Positions 1 through 10,327 of a stretch of 32,000 nt of DNA are shown piece by piece. The position numbers and the translations under genes are program-made. Source of the DNA: Opitutales bacterium (lineage in GTDB: Bacteria; Verrucomicrobiota; Verrucomicrobiia; Opitutales; PNEW01); assembly GCA_965219535.1 (NCBI GenBank), contig CBDCNV010000002.1, positions 2,040,001 through 2,072,000 on the forward strand, in the 5' to 3' direction. The notes under the pieces were generated by a model. That model worked only from the letters and a program-made list of their open reading frames with translations, was not told where the DNA came from and made no database searches. Positions within the stretch are counted from its first letter, which is position 1. The number at the start of each line of letters is the position of its first letter.

Positions 1-1
1 T

Positions 2-613
2 GATCGTCCGGCAAGTGAGATATCAAAATTGGAAAGTCGTCTTCTTTCCCGCTTTCAATGGGGTATGGTAACGGATATTCAGGCACCGGACCTCGAAACT
101 CGCGTCGCGATCCTTTCTCAAAAAGCAGCCTCCCGGGGATATAATATTCCCGTCGATGTAATACAATTCCTTGCCGAGCGCATCACGCGTAATGTCCGGC
201 GCTTAGAAGGAGCATTAACGAGAGTAGCCTGTGCATCAGTCCTTCAAAATCCACTTGATATCTCCCATGTCGAGCAACTCCTGCAAGATATCCTTCAAGA
301 GGAAGCCTTAAATCAAATCACGATTGAAATGATTCAGAAAAAAGTGGTGGAATATTATCAGCTTAGACTGAGTGACATGGTCAGCAAGCGCCGCCCAAAC
401 AATATCGCCTTTCCTCGCCAGATTGCCATGTATATTAGCCGTCTTCATACCAACCACTCCTTACAAGATATTGGCGAAGCCTTTGGTGGCCGTGATCATG
501 GTACCGTCATACATGCCTGTAAAACAGTGGAGAATATCATGGAGCAGGATGAATCTGTGGCAAGGAGTGTGGAATACTTGACAAAACAGCTTACTAAGCA
601 GAACCCTCAATGA
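2..613 (+). CDS. dnaA: Chromosomal replication initiator DnaA, C-terminal part (5' end lies outside the window)
   Basis: The frame is open from nt 2 ([18 protein letters not shown]...). It has the domain IV DNA-binding signature RQIAMYISR...[22 protein letters not shown]. Stop TGA at 611-613. Confidence 0.95.
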   Translation, partial: DRPASEISKLESRLLSRFQWGMVTDIQAPDLETRVAILSQKAASRGYNIPVDVIQFLAERITRNVRRLEGALTRVACASVLQNPLDISHVEQLLQDILQEEALNQITIEMIQKKVVEYYQLRLSDMVSKRRPNNIAFPRQIAMYISRLHTNHSLQDIGEAFGGRDHGTVIHACKTVENIMEQDESVARSVEYLTKQLTKQNPQ

Positions 614-1108
614 ATGGAACTGACGAATGAGCAGCAAAAGGCCCTGGAAAAATGGATCAGTGATGGTTTGTCATTGTCCTCTATTCAGGCTCAATTGAAC
701 GAAGAGTTCAGTCTCTCCCTTACATACATGGAAGTCCGCTTCCTTGTTGATGATTTGAATCTTACATTACAGGACAAACCTGAATTGAGTGATGCTGTCC
801 CGAATGAAAATTTGGAATCTGCAAATCTAAGTGCTCCAGATGATAGTGATAACGCAGCTGAAGACTTGGGTGGAGGTGGCGATGATTTTGGTTCTTCACT
901 CACCGTAGAGGTTGACCGTTTAATGAAACCAGGTTCGGTCGTAAGTGGGACGGTTAAATTCAGTGATGGGGTCAACTCCAGTTGGTCTATCGATCAATTT
1001 GGGCGTCTGGGTCTAAATCCTTCACAGGAAGGTTATCAGCCAAGCGCAGAAGACCTGCAGGCATTTCAAAAGGAACTTCAATCCGCACTGCAGAAGCACG
1101 GTATGTAA
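614..1108 (+). CDS. Hypothetical acidic protein, start codon abuts the dnaA stop (TGAATG)
   Basis: 164-codon ORF with helical-looking N-terminal ~55 aa, an acidic low-complexity linker (SAPDDSDNAAEDLGGGGDD) and a ~70-aa C-terminal part. I recognise no family motif. Coding status rests on length, the lack of any gap to dnaA, and tight packing against ligA. Confidence 0.6.
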   Translation: MELTNEQQKALEKWISDGLSLSSIQAQLNEEFSLSLTYMEVRFLVDDLNLTLQDKPELSDAVPNENLESANLSAPDDSDNAAEDLGGGGDDFGSSLTVEVDRLMKPGSVVSGTVKFSDGVNSSWSIDQFGRLGLNPSQEGYQPSAEDLQAFQKELQSALQKHGM

Positions 1109-1115
1109 CTCCCAT

Positions 1116-3134
1116 TTAGCGCTTTAGCAGTTTCTGAAATTCTTTTTCATCAATTATCTTCGTCCCCAGTTTTTGAGCTTGGGCCAGTTTTGATCCAGCC
1201 GATTCGCCAGCGAGAATAAAATCCGTATTTTTACTGACACTCGACGTCACATGACCCCCAACATTTTCAATCAGTTGCGTCGCGGCTTCACGGGTAAGGG
1301 ATGCTAAAGTTCCGGTTAAGACAAACGATTTACCGCTGAAATCATGGGTTTCACTCTCAGTAGGTGTTACCTCCTCGACATTCAGACCATAGCCAATAAG
1401 GCGCAAAATGATTTCCTTATTGGATTCTTGAGAAAAAAAATGATTTACGCTCTTAGCCATTATCTCACCAATGCCATCCAGCGTCATAAGGTCATCCTCG
1501 TTTGCATCAATGAGCGCTTGGAGGCTATGAAGGGAGCGGGCTAAGTCCTTAGATGCCGTTGCCCCTATGTGTTGGATTCCGAGTCCGTGAATTAGACGCC
1601 AAAGTTCACATTTTTTACTAGACTCTATAGCCTGGATAAGGTTTTCAGATGATTTCTGAGCAAATTTTTCGAGAGGTAATAAATCATTGACGATCAACTT
1701 ATAGAGATCCGCGATATTATTAATTAGATTTTTACTTACAAGTTGATCCACTACTGCTTCACCAAGGCCTTCAATATCCATGCATTGGCGCGAGGTAAAA
1801 TGTTCAATCCGACCGCGGACCTGGGGTGGGCAACTTAAGTTTGGACAACGCCGCGCCGCTTCTCCGGGTAAACGTATGGTTTCCGTTCCACAAGCTGGGC
1901 ATACTTGTGGGAAGACGTATGAAGAGATGCCACTTTTTCTTGAATCTGTGAGCACACGAACGATTGCCGGAATGATATCACCTGCTTTTTCTATTATCAC
2001 GCTGTCACCTTCCCGGATATCCTTGCGTTTGATTTCATCCTCGTTGTGAAGAGTAGCGTGAGATACTGTGCTACCGTCTAGAAAAACCGGCTTTAATTCA
2101 GCGACCGGCGTTAAGGTGCCAGTTCTTCCTATTTGAATATTTATCTTTAGAATTTTGGTTTCAGCCTGCTCTGCAGCAAATTTATAGGCAATTGCCCAGC
2201 GTGGAGACTTTGATGTGGAACCGGACACACGCTGTTGATCCAGTGCGTCTAACTTGATAACTGCGCCATCGGTTGAATAGGCAAAGGTCTCACGTAAATT
2301 TTCAAGTTCCTCTATTATCTTCCAGGCTTCTGCGATGCCATTTGCCATCCAATATTTTTCGACTGTTGGCATGTTCCAGCTCTTTAATAATTCTTGAAAC
2401 TCGCGTTGACGACTGAAGGAAAGAGGGGAGCAATAGCCCAATCCGTAAAGAACAATGTCCAGTTTTCGTCTCTTTGCAATTTTGGGATCGATCTGTTTTA
2501 TTGTACCAGCAGCTAAATTTCGCGGGTTGGCATAAAGATCGAGAGCTGCCTCTTCGCGTTCCTTATTGATACGTTCAAATTCAGGATGCGTCATGTAAAT
2601 TTCTCCACGGATTTCAATCACCTCCGGGCAGGACTTATCTTTTATCCGGGTGGGTAGGTAATCAATGCCTTCAAGGTTTTTTGTAATCACGTCACCTTCA
2701 ATACCGTTACCGCGTGTGACCGCTCGGACGAGATTCCTCTTTTCGTAAGTGAGGCTAACCGCGACACCATCAATCTTTGGTTCGATGAGGTAGATCAGCT
2801 CGTCGACACCTAATAGCTTTTGTAAACGCTTATCGAATCCACTGAGTTCCTCCTCGTTATAAGTATTGTCAAGACTCATCATCGGTTGAAGATGACGGTA
2901 TGAATCGAAACCTTCATGCCGATCGTCACCTACCTGGTGGATGGGTGAACCTTCATCCGAAAACTCGGGATGTTGTTTTTCCAACTCACTCAGCTCATTT
3001 TTTAAACGGTCGTATTCGTAGTCGGTGATTTCAGGCCTCGCATTTTTATGATAAAGTGTATCATGTCGGGCCACTTCCTTACGCCGTTCAGCAATAAGTT
3101 TTTCTATATCTCCTTGCTTCATACGCTTAATCAA
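1116..3134 (-). CDS. ligA: NAD+-dependent DNA ligase
   Basis: Adenylation motif EPKIDGVAVSL (KxDG), four-Cys zinc finger CPACGTETIRLPGEAARRCPNLSCP, HhH region, and a C-terminal BRCT-like tail (FVLTGTL...). The 672-aa length is typical. Confidence 0.95.
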   Translation of the reverse strand: MIKRMKQGDIEKLIAERRKEVARHDTLYHKNARPEITDYEYDRLKNELSELEKQHPEFSDEGSPIHQVGDDRHEGFDSYRHLQPMMSLDNTYNEEELSGFDKRLQKLLGVDELIYLIEPKIDGVAVSLTYEKRNLVRAVTRGNGIEGDVITKNLEGIDYLPTRIKDKSCPEVIEIRGEIYMTHPEFERINKEREEAALDLYANPRNLAAGTIKQIDPKIAKRRKLDIVLYGLGYCSPLSFSRQREFQELLKSWNMPTVEKYWMANGIAEAWKIIEELENLRETFAYSTDGAVIKLDALDQQRVSGSTSKSPRWAIAYKFAAEQAETKILKINIQIGRTGTLTPVAELKPVFLDGSTVSHATLHNEDEIKRKDIREGDSVIIEKAGDIIPAIVRVLTDSRKSGISSYVFPQVCPACGTETIRLPGEAARRCPNLSCPPQVRGRIEHFTSRQCMDIEGLGEAVVDQLVSKNLINNIADLYKLIVNDLLPLEKFAQKSSENLIQAIESSKKCELWRLIHGLGIQHIGATASKDLARSLHSLQALIDANEDDLMTLDGIGEIMAKSVNHFFSQESNKEIILRLIGYGLNVEEVTPTESETHDFSGKSFVLTGTLASLTREAATQLIENVGGHVTSSVSKNTDFILAGESAGSKLAQAQKLGTKIIDEKEFQKLLKR

Positions 3135-3182
3135 AATGGTGTGAAATAATAATAACGATGATAGTATGATTTCTGAGAAATG

Positions 3183-3596
3183 TCAGTTAATCTTCGAAGT
3201 ATTATTCTTTTTCCAGTTAAGATTAATATTCATCTCAAGTAAGCGTCTGTAGTGTTGCAAGCTCTGATAAGCAATAACAGCTACTATAGAACCAAGGGTA
3301 TCAGCCATCCAGTCAGCCACCTCGAAATAGCGATAAGGATTTAGGTACTGATGCCATTCATCGAGCAATCCGAAAAGAGAAGTAACAATAATCGCAATGA
3401 AAGCGTATTTAATGTGTGCGAGTTTATTATCGTAGACACGCAGGATTAAAGTAGCGAGGAGACCGAAAATAAAAAAATGTACTAGCTTATCGATACTTAC
3501 TAGCTGTAGGAAATCAGGTAATTGTGGACCTGCCCCTCCCGAGGAATAAACGATGGTGGAGGCAAGGGCTAAAGGCCATAGCATACGATAAAACAT
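3183..3596 (-). CDS. VanZ-like small membrane protein
   Basis: 137 aa with about four hydrophobic segments. DKLVHFFIFGLLATL and LLDEWHQ resemble VanZ-family landmarks. Confidence 0.6.
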   Translation of the reverse strand: MFYRMLWPLALASTIVYSSGGAGPQLPDFLQLVSIDKLVHFFIFGLLATLILRVYDNKLAHIKYAFIAIIVTSLFGLLDEWHQYLNPYRYFEVADWMADTLGSIVAVIAYQSLQHYRRLLEMNINLNWKKNNTSKIN

Positions 3597-3734
3597 TTAA
3601 ATAATTAAGGATGATATAATTTCGATCGAGAGCGCGACAGATCAATCGATAGCATCTCGCAAGACCGGCTATTATGTTCGTTAAAGAACTATCATTTATT
3701 GTCGTAAAGGCTAAAACTGCTTGCTTAATAAATA

Positions 3735-3760
3735 AATCAAAGTAAGACTAATCTTTGATT
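3735..3760 (-). terminator. Candidate Rho-independent terminator or attenuator hairpin in the vanZ-gdh divergent spacer
   Basis: AATCAAAG (3735-3742) pairs with CTTTGATT (3753-3760), an 8-bp stem with a 10-nt loop. On the minus strand it is followed by a T-rich run (TATTTATTTATT). It is not at the end of any annotated gene. Confidence 0.25.
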
Positions 3761-4032
3761 AAGTGTGACTTATGCGAGTTGAAATACGAAATTTGTGTAT
3801 AATTATAATTCTATCACTCGATGAATAGTTACTTGATTAATTTGTTTATCTTTCGCTCTGCTTCGAGCACGTTACTTTTAAAGGTAAGAATATAGATGCT
3901 AAAGTAATTTGTGGAATAGACGATATACTTCAATCTCAATTTTTGCTATCATTGTTTGATTTTTTTTTATTACACGGTCAAAGTTTCAGGCCGTTTTTCT
4001 ATTATTAGTTCTTTAATTATCGATAGGATCCC

Positions 4033-7000
4033 ATGCCTAAATATACTCAAAACGCGCAGAAATTTCTGGTCGATGACGTTGTAGCTGAAGCCAGAAAGAA
4101 GGTGAATAAAAAAAACCTGAAAAAGGTAAAAGCGTACATAAGCCAGTATTACCGGTCCGTATCTGAGATTGATCTGCGAGATAAAGCGACCTCCGATTTG
4201 AGTGGAGCCGCGCTTGCACATTTAAAATTTGCAGAAAATCGGAAACCCAATCTTCCAAATGTCCGTATTTATAATCCTGAACTGAAAAAGGATGGTTGGG
4301 AATCGACGCATACGATTGTCGAAATGGTTAATGATGACATGCCATTTCTTGTCGATTCCCTGAGTATGGTTCTGAATAAATATTCGATTTCTATTCATTT
4401 AACGATCCATCCTATTTTTGAAGTTCGCCGAGACGGTAAAGGGAATCTTAAAGAGGTAAAGGCTGCGAGTGAGAATACTGATGGCGCGCATTTAGAATCT
4501 TTTCAACACATTGAAATAGATCGAGAAACGAATCCAAAGCGAATCGCGCAATTGGAAAATGAAATTAAATCATCAATGGCCGACGTCAGGGCTTCGGTTA
4601 GGGACTGGCGTGAGATGATAGATCGCTCAAGCTCATTATGTCAGGATTTAGCGAGCAAACCACCCCCTCTCGAGCTTACCGAGGTCTCCGAAAGCAAAAC
4701 CTTTCTCGAGTGGATGGGGGATGATAATTTTACTTTTCTTGGCTATAAGGAATATCGGCTGAGAAGCTATGGGAAAAAGGTTGTATTTAATCCAGTCAAA
4801 GGATCGGGGCTTGGTATTCTTCGCGAGGATCATAATAAGTTTTCAGATAGTGAAATTAGCTTGCCAGAAAACCTGCCAAATCGAGTGCATTACAAAGAAC
4901 TGCTTATCATAACTAAAGCTAACTCATTCTCTACTGTTCATCGAAGAGTCTTTCTGGATTACATTGGAGTTAAGATTTTTGATAAAAAAGGTAAGTTAGT
5001 TGGAGAAAAAAGATTTATCGGCCTCTTTACTTCGGTTGCTTACAACCGAAGCGCTCTCGAAATTCCTTTTATTCGTCACAAGGTAAAGCAGGTTAGGGAG
5101 CGCTCTCAACTCTATCCCTCAAGTCATGCGGCAAAAGCGCTTCTGCACATCCTGGAAACGTTTCCCCGCGATGATCTATTTCAGGGATCCCTGGATGAGT
5201 TATTCGATATTTCTACCGGGATACTTCATTTACAGGAACGCCAAAGGGTTAAGTTATTTATTCGTAGTGACCCTTTTAACCGTTTTTTCTCATGCCTCGT
5301 TTACATTCCCCGCGATCGCTATAACACCCAGATTCGCGAGAGCGTTCAAGCGATTCTAATGCATGAACTTAGTGGGAGCTCTGTAGAACATACGATTCAA
5401 CTATCGGAATCAATCCTCGCTCGTGTCCATATCGTCGTTCGTACCGAACAGAATGAAAAAATAAAATTTGATACTGCCAAGATTGAAGAAAAAATAATTT
5501 CAACTGTCCGTTCATGGCAGGATGTTCTAAGCGAATCATTAATTAATAAATTTGGAGAAGAGAAAGGTCTCAGTTTATTTCATAAATATAGCGATAGTTT
5601 TTCCGCCGCTTATCAAGAAGATGTGTCGGCACTGGAAGCGGCGTCAGATATTATACATCTTGAATATTTAGGAGAAGTTAAGGACAACCTGAGGATCTGT
5701 CTTTATCATCCCACAAGTGATTCAGAATCAAATCTTGGTTTAAAATTATATCGTCGAGAAGGCCCTATCCCTCTTTATGATGCGCTTCCAATACTGCGGA
5801 ACATGGGATTGCGGGTTATCAGTGAACGGCCCTATCGCGTAAAGTTGAATGAAAAAACCAATTTTTGGATTCAAGATTTCGTATTGATCCATCGACTTTC
5901 CCAGGCACTCGATGCCGAAGCAGTCAACGATCATTTCGAGGATGCGTTTGCCAAAATATGGCGACGCGAAATGGATAACGATGGCTTTAACCGTTTGATT
6001 ATTAGTGCACGGCTTAGCTCACGCCAAACGATATTAATTCGCGCATTCTGTAAATATTTACTGCAGATTGGAGTCCCTTTTAGTCAGACCTACATGGAGA
6101 AGGTACTCACTGAAAACGCTTCTCTAACCAGCCTTCTTGTGGACTTATTTGAATTGCGGTTCGATCCTGCACTAGAGAGCAAAAAACGAGATCGCAGGGT
6201 ACGTTTAAGTATACAAAAAATTGAGGCTGGGCTAAATGCCGTAGAAAGCCTTGATGAAGATAGAATATTACGCAGTTTTTTTGAAATTATTAGTGCCTCT
6301 CTCCGAACTAACTATTTTCAAAAAGGTAAAGATCATGATTTCAAATCTTATATTTCAGTAAAATTTGATCCGAAAAAAATACTTGAATTACCACGACCCA
6401 AACCGCTATTCGAGATATTCGTTTACTCGCGCCGTTTTGAAGGTGTTCACCTGAGAGGGGGAAAAATAGCGCGTGGAGGACTGCGTTGGTCAGACCGACG
6501 CGAAGATTTTCGCACCGAAATCTTGGGGTTAATGAAAGCCCAAATGGTTAAGAACACCCTTATTGTTCCAATCGGTGCCAAAGGTGGTTTTGTTGTCAAA
6601 CGTCCTCCAATCAGTGGAGGACGCGAAGAATTAATGGGTGAAGTCGTAGATTGTTACCGAAATTTTATTCGTGGGCTACTGGATATCACCGACAACCTTA
6701 AAGGTGCAAAAGTTATAAAACCGAAAGAAGTCGTGCGGTATGATGAGGATGATCCTTACCTCGTTGTTGCGGCGGATAAGGGAACAGCCACATTCTCCGA
6801 TATCGCGAATAGTGTTGCCCATGAATACAATTTTTGGCTCGGTGATGCCTTTGCTTCCGGTGGTTCTGTAGGCTATGATCATAAAGTCATGGGAATCACT
6901 GCTCGTGGTGCCTGGGAGTCAGTCAAGCGGTTATTCCGGGAACTGGATGTCGATATTCAGACAACAGATTTCAGCGTTATTGGCATTGGTGATATGGGAG

Positions 7001-8880
7001 GAGACGTTTTTGGGAATGGCATGCTCCTTTCGCGTCATATTCAATTAAAAGCGGTTTTCAACCATCTTCATATTTTCCTCGATCCTAATCCCAATTCAGC
7101 GAAGAGCTATCTTGAGCGAGAAAGGCTCTTTAATTTTCCGCGATCCACTTGGGAAGATTATAATAAAAAATTAATTTCCAGGGGAGGGGGTGTTTTTTCC
7201 CGCCAGGCTAAAGAAATCAAGTTGAGTGAGGAAGTTAAAAAAATGTTGGATATTGAAGCCAGTGTATTAACCCCGCTTGAATTGATCAGGGCGATTATGC
7301 GAATGCGGGTGGATTTGTTTTGGAATGGTGGCATCGGCACTTATGTTAAAGCCAGCGGGGAGACGCATTTTGAAGTAGGGGACAGGAGTAACGACAATGT
7401 TCGTGTAAATGCGAATAAATTGAGGTGTCGAGTCGTTGGTGAAGGCGGCAACCTGGGCTTTACTCAATTGTCCCGTATTGAGTACGCGTTGAATGGGGGC
7501 CTGATCAATACTGACTTCGTTGACAATTCCGGAGGGGTAGACTGTTCAGACCGTGAAGTTAATATCAAAATTCTCCTCAACGTCGTGAAGCAGAATGAGG
7601 ATTTACCGGATAAAGAGCGTAATCAGCTTTTAACTAAGATGACCGATGAAGTCGCCACACTCGTTTTGCGGGACAATTATCTTCAGAGTCAAGCCATCAG
7701 CATGATGGAAGAACACGCTGTAGACAGAATGAATGAAAATGCCTACCTCATTCATGTTTTGGAAAAAAAAGGTGAACTTGATCGAGCCCTGGAGTTTCTA
7801 CCCACCGATGATGAAATTATTGAGCGTAGAAAATCTCGAAAAGGTTTAACCCGTCCTGAACTGGCGGTCCTCATCGCTTATGGTAAGATCACACTCTATA
7901 ATGAATTGGTTGATTCGGATGTCCCTGAAGACACTTATCTCGCCGAGGAAATAGAACGCTATTTTCCGGGGCCTCTTTTAAAGAGGTTTCCGCAATACAT
8001 GGCTTTACACAATTTGCGTCGTGAAATAATAGCGATGCGCGTTACAAATAGCCTCGTAAATAGAATGGGCCCCACTTTTGCCCATCGAATGTGGGAGGAA
8101 AGTGGTGCCGATGCAGCCAGTGTAGCGCGGGCTTATACAGTAGCACGTGAAGTCTTTAATATGCGTTCTCTTTGGCGGTCGATCGAGTCTTTAGATAATA
8201 AAATTCCAGCTAATGTTCAGTACTCAATGATGTTTCAGACCAGTCGTCTCTTGCGGCGCGCCACACGCTGGCTTTTAGAACAACCTGCGCGGTCTGCAAA
8301 TATTGCGTCTGCGGTTTCAAATTACCGTTCGGAAATCTCTACCCTGATTAAAATTCTGCCCGAATTACTCGTAGAGGACGATTTGCGAAGTTTCAAAGAA
8401 ATGGTGCGGAATTATCTTGAAGCGGGAGTGCCAAGAGAGACGGCAAAAAGTATTTCACTCTTAAATTCTATTTACCCTGCGCTGGATATTACGGAAATTG
8501 CACTTAATTCTAATGCCAAAGTTACCTATGTAGCTTCAGTGTATTTCAATATTGGATCGACGATCGCGCTTAATTGGCTGCGGAATCAGATTGAATTATT
8601 GGAAGTTGACGGTCACTGGCCAGCTGTTGCTCGAGGAACACTTCGCGAAGACCTATACGCGATGCACCGATCTCTTACCGCTCAAGTGATTGCTCTGGAT
8701 GGAAAATCACGAGCCGAAACTTCCGTGAACCGCTGGTTGCAACACCACCAGGATAATATTGTTCATGTCGAACAAACGCTCAACGACATGAAATCTGCTG
8801 GAGAAATTGATTTTGCTACATTGTCGGTTGCAGTACAGGAAATCCGTAAGCTTAATCAATTTACGATGAACTCCCGTTAA
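4033..8880 (+). CDS. gdhB: Large (about 180 kDa class) NAD-specific glutamate dehydrogenase
   Basis: 1615-aa uninterrupted ORF. The catalytic core carries RGGLRWSDRREDFRTEILGLMKAQMVKN, PIGAKGGFV and GDMGGDVFGNGML, typical of the bacterial giant NAD-GDH family. Confidence 0.9.
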   Translation: MPKYTQNAQKFLVDDVVAEARKKVNKKNLKKVKAYISQYYRSVSEIDLRDKATSDLSGAALAHLKFAENRKPNLPNVRIYNPELKKDGWESTHTIVEMVNDDMPFLVDSLSMVLNKYSISIHLTIHPIFEVRRDGKGNLKEVKAASENTDGAHLESFQHIEIDRETNPKRIAQLENEIKSSMADVRASVRDWREMIDRSSSLCQDLASKPPPLELTEVSESKTFLEWMGDDNFTFLGYKEYRLRSYGKKVVFNPVKGSGLGILREDHNKFSDSEISLPENLPNRVHYKELLIITKANSFSTVHRRVFLDYIGVKIFDKKGKLVGEKRFIGLFTSVAYNRSALEIPFIRHKVKQVRERSQLYPSSHAAKALLHILETFPRDDLFQGSLDELFDISTGILHLQERQRVKLFIRSDPFNRFFSCLVYIPRDRYNTQIRESVQAILMHELSGSSVEHTIQLSESILARVHIVVRTEQNEKIKFDTAKIEEKIISTVRSWQDVLSESLINKFGEEKGLSLFHKYSDSFSAAYQEDVSALEAASDIIHLEYLGEVKDNLRICLYHPTSDSESNLGLKLYRREGPIPLYDALPILRNMGLRVISERPYRVKLNEKTNFWIQDFVLIHRLSQALDAEAVNDHFEDAFAKIWRREMDNDGFNRLIISARLSSRQTILIRAFCKYLLQIGVPFSQTYMEKVLTENASLTSLLVDLFELRFDPALESKKRDRRVRLSIQKIEAGLNAVESLDEDRILRSFFEIISASLRTNYFQKGKDHDFKSYISVKFDPKKILELPRPKPLFEIFVYSRRFEGVHLRGGKIARGGLRWSDRREDFRTEILGLMKAQMVKNTLIVPIGAKGGFVVKRPPISGGREELMGEVVDCYRNFIRGLLDITDNLKGAKVIKPKEVVRYDEDDPYLVVAADKGTATFSDIANSVAHEYNFWLGDAFASGGSVGYDHKVMGITARGAWESVKRLFRELDVDIQTTDFSVIGIGDMGGDVFGNGMLLSRHIQLKAVFNHLHIFLDPNPNSAKSYLERERLFNFPRSTWEDYNKKLISRGGGVFSRQAKEIKLSEEVKKMLDIEASVLTPLELIRAIMRMRVDLFWNGGIGTYVKASGETHFEVGDRSNDNVRVNANKLRCRVVGEGGNLGFTQLSRIEYALNGGLINTDFVDNSGGVDCSDREVNIKILLNVVKQNEDLPDKERNQLLTKMTDEVATLVLRDNYLQSQAISMMEEHAVDRMNENAYLIHVLEKKGELDRALEFLPTDDEIIERRKSRKGLTRPELAVLIAYGKITLYNELVDSDVPEDTYLAEEIERYFPGPLLKRFPQYMALHNLRREIIAMRVTNSLVNRMGPTFAHRMWEESGADAASVARAYTVAREVFNMRSLWRSIESLDNKIPANVQYSMMFQTSRLLRRATRWLLEQPARSANIASAVSNYRSEISTLIKILPELLVEDDLRSFKEMVRNYLEAGVPRETAKSISLLNSIYPALDITEIALNSNAKVTYVASVYFNIGSTIALNWLRNQIELLEVDGHWPAVARGTLREDLYAMHRSLTAQVIALDGKSRAETSVNRWLQHHQDNIVHVEQTLNDMKSAGEIDFATLSVAVQEIRKLNQFTMNSR

Positions 8881-8907
8881 GCGATTGAGCAAACGGATAT
8901 AATTTTA

Positions 8908-10065
8908 TTAATCCGCGTATTGCTTCAAGCGCTCGCAAGCAATCTTAAGATTGTCTAAACTTGTCGCGTAGGATAGGCGTAGATAATCTTCTCCCTCCTT
9001 GCCGAATGAATTGCCCGCGAGGACGGCAATACCGGCATTTTCCAGGATATCATCGGCAAGTTGGCTCGCACTTTTTCCCGTCTCTTTAATATTGGGAAAG
9101 GCGTAAAAAGCGCCACTTGGTTTAAGGCAGTGAAAACCGTTAATTTCATTTAATGCATCGACTAAATAATCCCTGCGGGATTTAAATTCAGTCACCATTA
9201 ATTCGACGCAGTCCTGTGAACCTTGAAGTGCGGCCAACGCTCCATATTGATTAAAAGTACAAGCACAGGAAGCGATATTAACATTATAGAGCTCAAAGGC
9301 CTCTGCTAAGAAGGAAGGAACTATTCCATATCCCAGTCGCCACCCGGTCATTGAATAGCTTTTGGAAAAACCGTCGAGAATTACCGTTCGTTCTTTCATT
9401 CCAGGTAGAGAGGCAATACTGACGAAACTACCTTCATAGAGAAAATCTTTATATATTTCGTCAGAGAGGACGAAAAAATCGTTGCGTTGAGCTTCTTCGG
9501 CAATTACTTCGAGATCATCTCGACTAATTGTGCCTCCGGTAGGGTTATGCGGAGAATTAATTATGACGAGGCGAGTGCGCTCAGATACACGGGATCTAAA
9601 ATCTTTCTCATCAAACGAAAAAGCTTTTTCTTCTCTTAGGGGTAGGGGGACGGGAGTGGCACCACTGTGCGCGATGAGTGACGCATACATGGGAAATCCA
9701 GGATCTGGATAAATAACTTCATCACCTTTCCCCGCAAGACTTTGAATAGTATAGAAAATAATTGGTTTTCCACCCGGTGATATAATGACATTATTTATGT
9801 CAAACGGTATCCCTCTACGTGCGCCAGTCTCTGAGGCAATAGCTTCTCTTAACTCAGGGAGCCCTGGTGCCGGTCCGTATCCCGTTTTTCCTTCACGCAT
9901 AGCTGCGACTGCGGCATCACATACATGTTCAGGCGTAGGAAAGTCGGGCTGGCCGATTTCCAGATGTATTATATCCTTCCCCTGCCTCTCCAATTGTTGA
10001 GCTTGTGCCAGTACTTTGAAGGCTGTTTCTGTCTGCAGACCTTGAGTGCACTCTTTAATTTTCAT
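8908..10065 (-). CDS. Class I/II pyridoxal-phosphate aminotransferase (aspartate/aromatic type)
   Basis: 385 aa. It has the PLP-lysine motif GFSKSYSMTGWRLGY and INSPHNPTG. It is convergent with gdh. Confidence 0.9.
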   Translation of the reverse strand: MKIKECTQGLQTETAFKVLAQAQQLERQGKDIIHLEIGQPDFPTPEHVCDAAVAAMREGKTGYGPAPGLPELREAIASETGARRGIPFDINNVIISPGGKPIIFYTIQSLAGKGDEVIYPDPGFPMYASLIAHSGATPVPLPLREEKAFSFDEKDFRSRVSERTRLVIINSPHNPTGGTISRDDLEVIAEEAQRNDFFVLSDEIYKDFLYEGSFVSIASLPGMKERTVILDGFSKSYSMTGWRLGYGIVPSFLAEAFELYNVNIASCACTFNQYGALAALQGSQDCVELMVTEFKSRRDYLVDALNEINGFHCLKPSGAFYAFPNIKETGKSASQLADDILENAGIAVLAGNSFGKEGEDYLRLSYATSLDNLKIACERLKQYAD

Positions 10066-10293
10066 GGATGCAGAATAGCTTCATGCCGGGTCAGGGCAAG
10101 CAGCTTGATTTCAGAATCAAATAACGGGAATGAACCCATCATGGCGTACAAAACTTCGGCGTGAGCTCCCCTTGGCACCATTTCTGGGCCAAAGAGGTCC
10201 AACACCCACGCCGAAGCCTCAGTCGTACCCCTCTTCGTGAGGGTTAACTTGCCGGCCGTAGCCCCAAGTAGGCGGGACTACAGCTCAACAAGG

Positions 10294-10327
10294 TTGCGAT
10301 TGGGAAGCTCGTAAAACCCAATCGCAA
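10294..10327 (-). terminator. Perfect 11-bp-stem hairpin just downstream of the truncated paralogue fragment
   Basis: TTGCGATTGGG (10294-10304) pairs with CCCAATCGCAA (10317-10327) around a 12-nt loop. It begins 14 nt past the fragment stop. There is no clear U-tract, so terminator function is uncertain. Confidence 0.3.

Noticed and set aside
3597-4032. oriC or a DnaA-box cluster in the AT-rich spacers near dnaA (also 19684-19962)
   Set aside because: I found only imperfect single matches to TTATCCACA, for example TGTGGAATA at 3910-3918. There is no cluster of boxes and no obvious AT-rich 13-mer array. The origin is more likely upstream of dnaA, outside the window.
4037-8892. Numerous 60-80-codon ORFs nested in or antisense to the giant gdh (also within ligA, the aminotransferase gene, copA and the Sel1 gene)
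   Set aside because: All are embedded in long ORFs with strong family signatures. They are typical six-frame noise.
10173-10216. Possible degenerate tRNA-Pro 3' fragment (TGGGCCAAAGAGGTCCAACACCC compared with CGGGCCGAAGAGATTCGAACTCTC), which would mark a second att-type repeat
   Set aside because: The match is only about 70% and needs an indel. The T-loop TTCGAA is not preserved and there is no CCA-proximal match. This is too weak to call.
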